A DNA stretch of 64,000 nucleotides. It comes from an uncultured Bacteroidales bacterium (GTDB taxonomy: Bacteria; Bacteroidota; Bacteroidia; Bacteroidales; JAGOPY01). Location of the stretch: positions 13,640 to 77,639 of the forward strand of contig CAYUQP010000006.1 in the NCBI GenBank assembly GCA_964447005.1. The letters are read 5' to 3'. A program made the position numbers and the translations under genes. Shown one piece after another: positions 27,739-35,884 of the stretch. The number at the start of each line of letters is the position of its first letter. Positions within the stretch are counted from its first letter, which is position 1. Below the pieces are notes generated by a model. It was not told the DNA's origin. It did no database searches and worked only from the letters and a program-made list of their open reading frames with translations.

Positions 27739-28995
27739 CTATTCATTTAACAGGGCTTTAAGTTGTTCAAATGAATCGCTGATATAGGGCACAGCATCAA
27801 AACGACCCTGTAAATAAGCCTTTTCAAGGTCCATGGTGTCTCGAAAGTCGCTGTAATCGTATAACGAATACACATCAGTCGAAGCGTCCTCTTTTTTATT
27901 GGCGAAGAATATCTGGTCTTTCCGGAACTTTTTCAAATCCAGGAACCGGGTGTTATGTGTTGTGCAGATCAACTGGGCCTTATCGCCTGCGCGGAAAATA
28001 TTAAAAATGTATTCGATGATCTTCGGATGTAAGCTATCTTCAATTTCATCGATCAGGAGTACTTTATTATTTTTCACGACGTCAAGAAGAGTCAGCATGA
28101 TGAAAAATAATTTAATCGTCCCCTGGGATTCTTCTGTCAGAAAATCAAATGCAACATCGGGCGAAGCCCTGTGATAGGTTTTAATCTGCAGGTGATCCTG
28201 CACCACATCCTCAACGGTAATTGTCAACTGATTAAGGTCTGCATTGAAGTTTTTGCCCTGTTGCTTTAGCACCTTAATTTTAACATCCACAATATCACTG
28301 TCTGCAATCTTAAGTGCCTCCATCAAATGGGCTTTATTCTCCTTCGTAAGGGTTTCGATTGCTTTTAATCCATAACTGGCATATTGCAAGATGAATGTTT
28401 GAAAGAAATAATTGAAAATCTCTTTTGCAACATCCCGATCCATCTGGCTTGCCCTCGAAATGTACAAAGCTTTGTCAGAAGTATTTTCAGCCACATCAAA
28501 GGGACGTTTGATCAAATCGCCAAAGGAATACTTGTCTTTTTTTGTCTTGCCCAGGCGTTCGTCCCTGGTAAATATTTTTGTAATCCTACCTTTAGGATAA
28601 TAAAAAAGGCTTTCGGTCAGGATCTTCTGCCTGGTCAGAGAAAAGGAGTATTCGTATTCAATCCCCGATGTTACGAAACGAATGAAATAGGTGCTGGGTT
28701 TTTGCTCGTACCCGGAGAACTTAAAAGGCTGGAAATTGAAGATGACATTTTCATTATGAACATGTGAATTAATGACCATGGCATGACAAAACCGGATAGC
28801 GTTGATAATATTGCTTTTACCGGATGCATTGGCGCCATAAATGGCCATAGTCTTGATCACTTCCAGGTCATCAAACTTAAATACGTTATCGGAGAGCGCA
28901 CGGGCATTTGCTGACTTTATACTGGCTGCCCTGAAATCCAGCGTAATTTCGTCTTTAATGGAGAAAAAATTACTTAATCGAATTTCTAATACCAT
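27739..28995 (-). CDS. AAA_21/AAA_15-type ABC-like ATPase (abortive-infection/AriA/RloA-like), without a recognisable partner gene
   Basis: Walker A YGANASGKSNIINAI, Walker B/D-loop LLIDEIEDSLHP, LICTTHN, C-terminal LQGRFDAVPYIS. Confidence 0.8.
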   Translation of the reverse strand: MVLEIRLSNFFSIKDEITLDFRAASIKSANARALSDNVFKFDDLEVIKTMAIYGANASGKSNIINAIRFCHAMVINSHVHNENVIFNFQPFKFSGYEQKPSTYFIRFVTSGIEYEYSFSLTRQKILTESLFYYPKGRITKIFTRDERLGKTKKDKYSFGDLIKRPFDVAENTSDKALYISRASQMDRDVAKEIFNYFFQTFILQYASYGLKAIETLTKENKAHLMEALKIADSDIVDVKIKVLKQQGKNFNADLNQLTITVEDVVQDHLQIKTYHRASPDVAFDFLTEESQGTIKLFFIMLTLLDVVKNNKVLLIDEIEDSLHPKIIEYIFNIFRAGDKAQLICTTHNTRFLDLKKFRKDQIFFANKKEDASTDVYSLYDYSDFRDTMDLEKAYLQGRFDAVPYISDSFEQLKALLNE

Positions 28996-29070
28996 TTTAA
29001 TAAGCTTATTTGTAATTATATTACAAATATAAGCAATAAATGTGAAGATAATAAGGAGATAGTAAAAATT

Positions 29071-29167
29071 GTTCCAAGGTTCCAGGTTCCAGGTTCCAGC
29101 CCATCGCCATACGCTCTATGCCTTAAGCTTCATGCCTCCCTGCCTCCCTGCCTCCATGCCTCCATGC
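29071..29167. repeat. Composite heptamer/octamer array: (gttccag)x4 ... ctctatg ccttaag cttcatg (cctccctg)x2 (cctccatg)x2
   Basis: Read directly. Lies 3' of the AbiEii stop and 5' of the ATPase gene. Confidence 0.85.
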
Positions 29168-29273
29168 TTTCCTACTACCAGAGAAATCCGAACACGATCA
29201 GGGTGCGCTATTTGTTGAATCCTGCTATGGCGATTTCGATGAGTTTTTTGGGTTAGAGCATTGGTTTTTAAAC

Positions 29274-30074
29274 CTAAATAGCTGCAATAAGATTTTCAAT
29301 AACGTACTGACCTGCGGTCTGGGGATCATAGGCTTCACCCGGAAGCAACAGTGCCTTTGTATCACCGATAAACTCGGGATCATTTAGTTTTTCCAACAAA
29401 TTTTTCTCAAATTCAATCCTGAAAGGGCCATGTTTCCCACTGTCCCTTAAAGAAAAATCAATATAGGTTCTATAACATGTCAAAATCTCTTCCAGATTTG
29501 GGCTGAATTCTCTTATAAACTTGAATAAATCATACAGGTCTCTTCCTTTACTTCGTTGGTAAAGTGCCCTCAATTTAGTGCCGAGCAACTCCTCCAACTT
29601 GTATGTTGTGATATCTGTCTTCCCCTTAAATAAAGGTGAATCCATAAGAAAGGGGATTGAATTCCATCCTAAAACAGCAAAGTGTTCTCTCGAATTAACT
29701 TCAACCTTAATCCGCATTTTTTGGACAGGTTCAATTTCCGAATCATAGTGATAAATCAATTTAAAACTACTCTCAGCCCTTTTTACAGTAGCCTTTCCAA
29801 ATCCCTCAAATACAGTTTGTAATCTCCGGATTATTTCTTTGACAGGACCCGATTCTATTTGTACCAGGTCAATATCTTCTGAATATCTTGACGCCTGGCC
29901 CATGAATAGTTTGGATAAAGCTGTACCGCCTCTGAAAGCCAATCGAGAAGCGAGAAATTCATCCTGATAAATTTTTACCAGGGCCCGACTGATGATCAGG
30001 TCCTGCTCCACCTGTTCGGAGAATTGCCAGGGAGCGTGTTGTTGCCATTCGGTGATATAAGCCCTTGGTATCAT
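29274..30074 (-). CDS. AbiEii/AbiGii-family nucleotidyltransferase toxin
   Basis: FRGGTALSKL...SEDIDL motif (NTase), size, and a 4-nt overlap with the upstream AbiEi gene. Confidence 0.85.
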   Translation of the reverse strand: MIPRAYITEWQQHAPWQFSEQVEQDLIISRALVKIYQDEFLASRLAFRGGTALSKLFMGQASRYSEDIDLVQIESGPVKEIIRRLQTVFEGFGKATVKRAESSFKLIYHYDSEIEPVQKMRIKVEVNSREHFAVLGWNSIPFLMDSPLFKGKTDITTYKLEELLGTKLRALYQRSKGRDLYDLFKFIREFSPNLEEILTCYRTYIDFSLRDSGKHGPFRIEFEKNLLEKLNDPEFIGDTKALLLPGEAYDPQTAGQYVIENLIAAI

Positions 30075-30883
30075 AGATCACTCTCCGGAATGGTGTTTTC
30101 AAGAATCTTCCACTTATTGTTAATAGTATATCCTGCCGACGGTTTACCAGTTTTTAAGGGTGTGTTACGGAAGCTGGATTCTTTAAGGGCATCAAATATT
30201 ACTGCTGATAATTTTCCATCCGGATGAATAAGGTCTAACAGATATCCCAACCTTTGCAGGACAGGGATTGGTACATTTTCAGCAATTACCTTCTTTAGCA
30301 CAGAAGGTTTCATGGCTTCATGCAATTCATTCAGGATAGTAAAACAGCGGTTAATCCCACCAATCCTTTTTTCATAAAGAAGCAGATCAATTGCAGTCAG
30401 TTCCGGGCCAGATACTTTTATATAACCAGCTTCAGTCTTTCTGCTTTCCAAAAATTCTTCAGCAATATTTGTCTTTATTATAAAATTGACCGTAAGGTTT
30501 CCTTTCTTAATTGGCCGGAGCGGAGGTTTTTCCGTAATAACAAAAAATTCCTGCGGAGCCTGATGGGAAGCGCCAAAAAATGAAGCCGCGTTCAATAATC
30601 CAACATAATATTTCTTTTCAAGATAACGCATCATCTGGTCCATAAACATAATAGGAGGTAATGTTTTTTGAACAGAATATTCAGGAGGTACAATTAAGTA
30701 AAATCCCTTTCTTAAAGGAGTTATTTTTCCTTTGTTGGTCATCCTGTTTAAAGCCTTCTTAATGGCTTCTTCAGTAGTCTTGAATTCAGTCCTGATTTCT
30801 TCAAGAGAAAAAGTATACCTTCCTTTTATCCTGAGCTTATCAGTAAAATCCTCTAAATAGTTATATGACATAGTAGTAATCAT
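30071..30883 (-). CDS. AbiEi-family type IV toxin-antitoxin antitoxin (winged-helix N-terminus)
   Basis: Size, position and ATGA overlap with AbiEii. N-terminal wHTH-like FSLEEIRTEF...AIKKALNRMTNKGKITPLRKGFY. Confidence 0.8.
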   Translation of the reverse strand: MITTMSYNYLEDFTDKLRIKGRYTFSLEEIRTEFKTTEEAIKKALNRMTNKGKITPLRKGFYLIVPPEYSVQKTLPPIMFMDQMMRYLEKKYYVGLLNAASFFGASHQAPQEFFVITEKPPLRPIKKGNLTVNFIIKTNIAEEFLESRKTEAGYIKVSGPELTAIDLLLYEKRIGGINRCFTILNELHEAMKPSVLKKVIAENVPIPVLQRLGYLLDLIHPDGKLSAVIFDALKESSFRNTPLKTGKPSAGYTINNKWKILENTIPESDL

Positions 30884-30902
30884 AGATCATGATGTATTTT
30901 CA

Positions 30903-30939
30903 TTTGCGAAAGGTACTACAATCTGTCCACATTCGCAAA
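30903..30939. promoter_or_regulatory. Inverted repeat tttgcgaa-N21-ttcgcaaa upstream of abiEi (candidate autoregulatory operator)
   Basis: Read directly, 20-56 nt upstream of the AbiEi start. AbiEi antitoxins are known to bind inverted repeats in their own promoters. Confidence 0.4.
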
Positions 30940-31018
30940 CAATATGTCAGAAAAAATCAAATGGACTGGCGATCGTCTCATCCTCCCCGTCTCTCCCGAT
31001 CCGCTTTGCTTCCCCTTA

Positions 31019-32398
31019 CTACCAGTCTGTCAATTTCTTTGCAATCTCTTTCTTCTGTTCGTCTTCAAAGCTGTCCAGGTAGTTTTCAGTGGTCTTGATA
31101 TCGGTATGACCTAATGCATCGCTGATAAAGGTTACATTGACGCCTGACCGTTTCAGGACGGTTGCAAAGGAATGCCTGGCGGTGTATGTGGTAACCCTGT
31201 GTTCGATGCCGACTTTAGCTGCAACTTTGTTAATGTATACATTGATCATCTGGACCGCCTGTGCTACTATGGCATGTTTCTTTTCAGGAGACTGCTCATT
31301 GGTCAGGAAAGGAAAGATGAAGCTATCGGGATGAACTGGTTTATTCCCCCAGCGATCAATGATTTGCTGCACTTTATCGGTCAGGATGATATCAATAGGC
31401 CTTGAATTGCGGTTTGTATTGATCGTTTTTGCCCTTCTGAAATAAATATGATCACCTTGTATATTAGAATACTTTAACCAGCAAACGTCCTTTATATTCA
31501 TGCCATTGCAGAGGTAGGAGAAAATCCAGAGATCCCGGTAAAAATACTCCGGATCGTCACTCTCCGGCTGGTATTTAAAGATCTTCTCAATCTCAGCAAT
31601 TTTCAGAGCTTTCTTAATGTTCTGTGGTTGTGGGATCTCATATCTGCCCTTACCGAAGGGATAGTCTTCCTGTTTGACAATTCCCTCTTTAATGGCCTCG
31701 TTAAAAAGATAACGCAGACTACGGAGATAGATTGAGACCGTGGTTTGTGAGGTGCCTTTTAAGATCATATGAGATTCATATTTTTTTAAGAATTGCGGGG
31801 TAATGCTTTTAAAGGACAATCTTTTTTCTCCAGCAAATGCTTTTATTGAATTCCTGGAATAGGTGTAATTATTTGCACTGCCGAACTGTTGATTTCCTTT
31901 TAATACTTTAATGTAATCATCATAGGCACCATATACATCATCCTTGATCCTATCCGGATCGAGGAAGCGTTTTTCAAATTTTTCAAAAGAAAAGGATTCC
32001 ATGTCATAGATTATTTCCAATGCCCTCCGGAGATTTTCGTGGAAAATGATCTTCTTTTCTTTAAGGTCCCCTCTGGTCTTCGGTCCAATTGTCTTTAACC
32101 AATCCTCAGGCAGCATCTGAACTTTTGTAGAATAGAATTTCGAGAATCGTTTGTGTATGATCTGTAATCTGACTGTCGAGGTCCCATCTTTCCTGAGTCT
32201 GACAGTATCTAAGATTACAGAAACTGATACCCTCTTTTGCTTTAGAAGGGCAAAATTCTGTTCCGGATGCGTTATTGTCGGTAATTTTTCCTTTTTCTTC
32301 CGCGTCTTTTTTTCCTCCGGATTGACATTTTTGACATTTTTTTCAAATTGGGCATCTTTCTTTGCCTCAATTTTATTAGCTTTACCAGATGGTGCCAT
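31019..32398 (-). CDS. Tyrosine site-specific integrase (Bacteroidetes type with an N-terminal arm-binding/SAM-like domain)
   Basis: ARHSFATVLKRSGVNVTFISDALGHTDIKTTENYL (R...H-x-x-R...Y catalytic region); Lys-rich N-terminus. Confidence 0.92.
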   Translation of the reverse strand: MAPSGKANKIEAKKDAQFEKNVKNVNPEEKKTRKKKEKLPTITHPEQNFALLKQKRVSVSVILDTVRLRKDGTSTVRLQIIHKRFSKFYSTKVQMLPEDWLKTIGPKTRGDLKEKKIIFHENLRRALEIIYDMESFSFEKFEKRFLDPDRIKDDVYGAYDDYIKVLKGNQQFGSANNYTYSRNSIKAFAGEKRLSFKSITPQFLKKYESHMILKGTSQTTVSIYLRSLRYLFNEAIKEGIVKQEDYPFGKGRYEIPQPQNIKKALKIAEIEKIFKYQPESDDPEYFYRDLWIFSYLCNGMNIKDVCWLKYSNIQGDHIYFRRAKTINTNRNSRPIDIILTDKVQQIIDRWGNKPVHPDSFIFPFLTNEQSPEKKHAIVAQAVQMINVYINKVAAKVGIEHRVTTYTARHSFATVLKRSGVNVTFISDALGHTDIKTTENYLDSFEDEQKKEIAKKLTDW

Positions 32399-32570
32399 CG
32401 TGTATCTATTTATTGATAAATGTTTCAGAATAATTCACAAACAAATTCACAAACAAATGTAATTAAATTACCGATAACTACACGGCATAAATTGTAAACA
32501 AATATTTTATATAACTGATTATCAGCTACATTAAAATAGAAAGAAGAGATAACAATTAAGGGAAAAAACA

Positions 32571-32614
32571 GACTGGGGGTCAAGAGGTCGTGAGTTCAAA
32601 TCTCACCACTCCGA
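32571..32614 (+). other. 3' fragment of tRNA-Pro(GGG), tRNA positions ~30-73: putative att half-site and island boundary
   Basis: gaCTGGGGGtc (U33, GGG anticodon, G37), variable aggtc, T-arm GTGAG-TTCAAAT-CTCAC, acceptor 3' strand CACTCCG plus A73. No D-arm or 5' acceptor strand (cggagtg) lies upstream. Confidence 0.55.
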
Positions 32615-32661
32615 CAGGTCAGTTGGACAATAAGCAGTTGGACAGTCCCGCCAAGGCGGGA

Positions 32662-33285
32662 TCACCGCTTCCAGTCCTTTAAACCGGCCATTTCGGCAAG
32701 GCTGCCGATCAGTTCGTTCTGTTCCTCGAGCGACAGCTCATCCAGGACGGGTATGCTGGTGAAATAATTGAGTATCTTGTTGCTGACCTGCACCATTTTC
32801 CTGCGCTGCCAGGCTTTCTGCCCTTTGGTCCGCCTGCGGCTCTGGTCGTGCATGAAATCCTCCCGGAAGATCGACCGGATGCCGTCACACAGGCGGTCAA
32901 TATTGATCTCTTCTTTGATCTTCAGGGTCTTGCCCGGTTTGTTCCGCTCATATTCGCCGTGAAAGCTCACCGAAGTGATCCGGTGATGCATCAGGTATTG
33001 TTTCAGGTTGTCAAGTTCCAGCCACATGTGATACAGCTTGCCCGACGGATTGTCCACATGGTCGTCAGCCTGGATCTGATCTTCAATCCACAGCAGGATG
33101 AAGCAAAAATCCCTGACGATCCGCTCGTCCGACTGACCATAATCTTCCAGCAGCCTTTCAATCCCATCATAGCTCTGCCTGTCCATGTAAAAATCATGCC
33201 TGATCCCTGTCCCGGTATCGAAAGGAAAATATCGCTCCAGCCGGTGAAGGTCGACGGCAAGCTTTACTTTGGCGGTAGATGGCAT
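32662..33285 (-). CDS. Hypothetical protein
   Basis: 207-aa ORF with protein-like composition, chosen over the antisense 175-aa ORF. No motif recognised. Confidence 0.5.
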   Translation of the reverse strand: MPSTAKVKLAVDLHRLERYFPFDTGTGIRHDFYMDRQSYDGIERLLEDYGQSDERIVRDFCFILLWIEDQIQADDHVDNPSGKLYHMWLELDNLKQYLMHHRITSVSFHGEYERNKPGKTLKIKEEINIDRLCDGIRSIFREDFMHDQSRRRTKGQKAWQRRKMVQVSNKILNYFTSIPVLDELSLEEQNELIGSLAEMAGLKDWKR

Positions 33286-33297
33286 TTTTTTAGCTGT

Positions 33298-33377
33298 TAC
33301 GCAAAGTTAAACAAAGGAAACGCAAAGGTACTCAAAGGTTTCTTAAACGGGACAGGCACAAAGGAATTCCTTTGAGG
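33298..33377. repeat. Cluster of caaagg words (acgcaaag, aacaaagg, acgcaaagg, ctcaaagg, cacaaagg, inverted cctttgagg)
   Basis: Read directly in the divergent intergenic region. Confidence 0.6.
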
Positions 33378-33453
33378 AAATGTGTTACTTTTGCCCAGAA
33401 TTCTTAAATCCGATAATAAAAGCAATTATATTAACCACGTAATTATAAAAACT

Positions 33454-33888
33454 ATGAAACGTAAAGCAACAGCCATTTGGCAGGGAAACGGGATGGAAGG
33501 CAAAGGATCGCTCAATTCCACCAGCGGGGTATTCAAAGGCACACCCTATTCATTTGTAACCAGGTTTAAGAACGAAGACGGCGTCGAAGGCACCAACCCC
33601 GAGGAGCTGATCGCGGCCGCGCATGCCGGGTGCTATGCCATGGCCTTGAGCTTCAGTCTGACCGGGGCCGGTTTCGTGCCCTCCGAACTAAAAGTCGACG
33701 CAGCAGTTTCACTGGAACATATTACCGATCATTTTGAGATCACCGGCATTCACCTGGAGCTTACCGGAAAAGTACCGGGAATTACATCTGAAAAATTCCA
33801 GGAACTGGCCGAAGGAGCCAAAGTCAACTGCCCGGTTTCCAGGGCGTTGAAAGCAGTACCGATCACGCTCGCAGCAAAACTTTCCTGA
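33454..33888 (+). CDS. osmC: OsmC-family peroxiredoxin
   Basis: MKRKATAIWQGNGMEGKG...TNPEELIAAAHAGCYAMALS...KVNCPVSRAL with both conserved Cys. ATG at 33454 preferred. Confidence 0.88.
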   Translation: MKRKATAIWQGNGMEGKGSLNSTSGVFKGTPYSFVTRFKNEDGVEGTNPEELIAAAHAGCYAMALSFSLTGAGFVPSELKVDAAVSLEHITDHFEITGIHLELTGKVPGITSEKFQELAEGAKVNCPVSRALKAVPITLAAKLS

Positions 33889-33939
33889 CAAAAAACCTGT
33901 CAGCGTCCGCCGGATGGCGGACCTGACAGCGTTTGTGAT

Positions 33940-34467
33940 TTATATGAAACCCTCCCTGCAAGCCTGGCATAAATGCGCTTCCTTCAGGTCGATGTCTTCC
34001 ACGTAAGTGCTTGATCGCATAACACAGTCCTGGGTTTGGCAATGGATCAGGCCAAATGTATGGCCCAGTTCGTGGATCACTTCTTTTTGAAAACGAAGAA
34101 TCAGAAGGTCCTTGTCCGGAGGCATGCCATACCGCTCATTATGAAGCCTGTAAAGCGAGGCAATACCGGTGTTGCCGCCCAGAACTGCCTGGCCATAAAT
34201 AAAGGTCAGGATGGGTATGTACAGGTCGACGTTGAATAAACCAATCGTTTTGTAAGAATCCGGCAAGATTCTGGAATCCATTTCATTTAACAGCTTGTTC
34301 GCGTTATACTGCCTCCGGCCGGCATCGTAATATTCACTCAGGTCAATATGACCTTCCCTCACCCTGACCGAAAAACGAAATTCCTGGCGCACCGCTTCGG
34401 CAACTTTTTCAAGAATATCCTTCTCGAAATAACCAAAAGATATCAGTGTAATGTGCCGTTGATCCAT
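33940..34467 (-). CDS. amzA: Archaemetzincin-family zinc metalloprotease
   Basis: HELGHTFGLIHCQTQDCVMRSS...CQAC matches the HExxHxxGx3Cx4CxM...CxxC signature. Confidence 0.85.
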   Translation of the reverse strand: MDQRHITLISFGYFEKDILEKVAEAVRQEFRFSVRVREGHIDLSEYYDAGRRQYNANKLLNEMDSRILPDSYKTIGLFNVDLYIPILTFIYGQAVLGGNTGIASLYRLHNERYGMPPDKDLLILRFQKEVIHELGHTFGLIHCQTQDCVMRSSTYVEDIDLKEAHLCQACREGFI

Positions 34468-34532
34468 TGGAGTTGATTCCTGCGGTTATTCGGTTTTATT
34501 CACAGTGGATTGTTCCGTTACCCCTGCCTGGT

Positions 34533-35873
34533 TTATTCAGGGGACTTCAGGTTGAATTTTTTGATCTTGTTGTACAGGGTTACCCGGTCAACTTTCAGCG
34601 CTTTGGCCGTCCGGGATATATTCCAGTCGTATTTGTTCAGGATCTGAAGGATGAATGCTTTCTCGAATTCATCCAGGCTTTCGACGGATGAACTGACCTC
34701 ATGAGCGGCAATCGGCAGGTCTTTAAGCTGGATCCGTTTTCCGTTGCCAATGACCAGCGCCCGCTCGATCATATTCTCCAGCTCCCTTATATTGCCGGGA
34801 AACGGGTATTCTTCCAGCCTCTTCAAAGCCTGTGTATCAATGGCTACCGACGGCTTGTTCATCGAAGTGCAATACTTGCGGATGAAATAATCGACCAGCA
34901 GCGGAGTATCCTCCGTCCTTTCCCTCAACGGCGGAATGTGAATGTTCACCACGTTCAGCCGGTAATAAAGATCTTCCCGGAACTCGCCTTTCTCAACCAT
35001 GGTTTTCAGGTCCCTGTTGGTTGCGCAGATGAGCCTGAAATCCGAAGTGATCTCCTTGTTCCCTCCCACCCGGGTAAATGTCTTGGTTTCAAGCACCCGC
35101 AACAGCTCCACCTGCATTTTCGGCGAGATGGTACCAATTTCGTCGAGAAAGATCGTACCGCTGTCGGCCATTTCAAAACGTCCCTTCCGGTTGTAAAGAG
35201 CCCCGGTGAAGGCACCTTTTTCATGGCCAAACAACTCGCTTTCGAGCAGGCTTTCTGTCAGGGCGCCGCAGTGCACACTGACCAGCGGGTAGAACTTCCG
35301 GGGCGAGTTAAAATGGATCGCCCTGGCTATCAGCTCCTTGCCTGTACCACTCTCTCCCGTGATGATCACTGACGAACTGGACTGCGCCACGCTTTCCACC
35401 TCCTCCAGCACTTTTTTCATGGCCTCGCTGTTCCCGATGATGTCGCCCACATGCTCCAGGGAAACGACTTTTCTTTTGAGATTCTCATTCTCCTCTGCCA
35501 GGACGATCTGTTTGGAAGCATTCCGGATCAGGTGCGAAAGGTCGTCCGGATCGAAAGGCTTGGTGACATAATCATACGCGCCGTCTTTCAGAGCCTTCAC
35601 CGCGGTGTCAACCGTCGCAAAAGCCGTCATGACAATGACGATGGCATCTTTTCTCAGGGTTTTGATCCGCCGCAGCATTTCCAGCCCGTCCATCCCCGGC
35701 ATCTTCAGATCCGCGAGAATAATATCATAATCCTCCGATTCAAGGATCTGCAATGCCCGTTTCGCATGTTCGGCACATTTAACATGATATCCGTCATCGG
35801 TGAACCAGTCACGCAACGAATCTCTGACGGATTGCTCATCATCGACAATTAAAATGGAGATTTTCCTGGCCAT
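34533..35873 (-). CDS. Sigma-54-dependent response regulator (NtrC/AtoC/ZraR family: REC + AAA+ + Fis HTH)
   Basis: ILIVDDE...DLKMPGMDG; GESGTGKE Walker A; GAFTGA loop; C-terminal NISRTAKALKVDRVTLYNKIKKF. Confidence 0.95.
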   Translation of the reverse strand: MARKISILIVDDEQSVRDSLRDWFTDDGYHVKCAEHAKRALQILESEDYDIILADLKMPGMDGLEMLRRIKTLRKDAIVIVMTAFATVDTAVKALKDGAYDYVTKPFDPDDLSHLIRNASKQIVLAEENENLKRKVVSLEHVGDIIGNSEAMKKVLEEVESVAQSSSSVIITGESGTGKELIARAIHFNSPRKFYPLVSVHCGALTESLLESELFGHEKGAFTGALYNRKGRFEMADSGTIFLDEIGTISPKMQVELLRVLETKTFTRVGGNKEITSDFRLICATNRDLKTMVEKGEFREDLYYRLNVVNIHIPPLRERTEDTPLLVDYFIRKYCTSMNKPSVAIDTQALKRLEEYPFPGNIRELENMIERALVIGNGKRIQLKDLPIAAHEVSSSVESLDEFEKAFILQILNKYDWNISRTAKALKVDRVTLYNKIKKFNLKSPE

Positions 35874-35884
35874 GTTTTATCTGC

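Larger units (their letters stand above)
1..32614. mobile_element. Putative integrative genomic island (right end in window, left end beyond window start) carrying metal-resistance and defence cargo
   Basis: Integrase plus a tRNA-fragment att site at the right edge, a visible drop in GC relative to 32650-64000, and accessory gene content. Confidence 0.45.

Noticed and set aside
32521-32616. Attempt to fold a complete tRNA gene ending at 32614.
   Set aside because: Only positions ~30-73 fit the cloverleaf. The 5' anticodon-stem strand pairs for 2 bp only, and no D-arm or cggagtg acceptor strand exists upstream, so it is reported as a fragment/att site rather than a tRNA gene.
32848-33375. 175-aa plus-strand ORF overlapping 32662-33285.
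   Set aside because: It is antisense to a more protein-like 207-aa ORF and runs on into the caaagg repeat region. Only one of the two can be real, and the minus-strand ORF was preferred, though neither has a recognisable domain.
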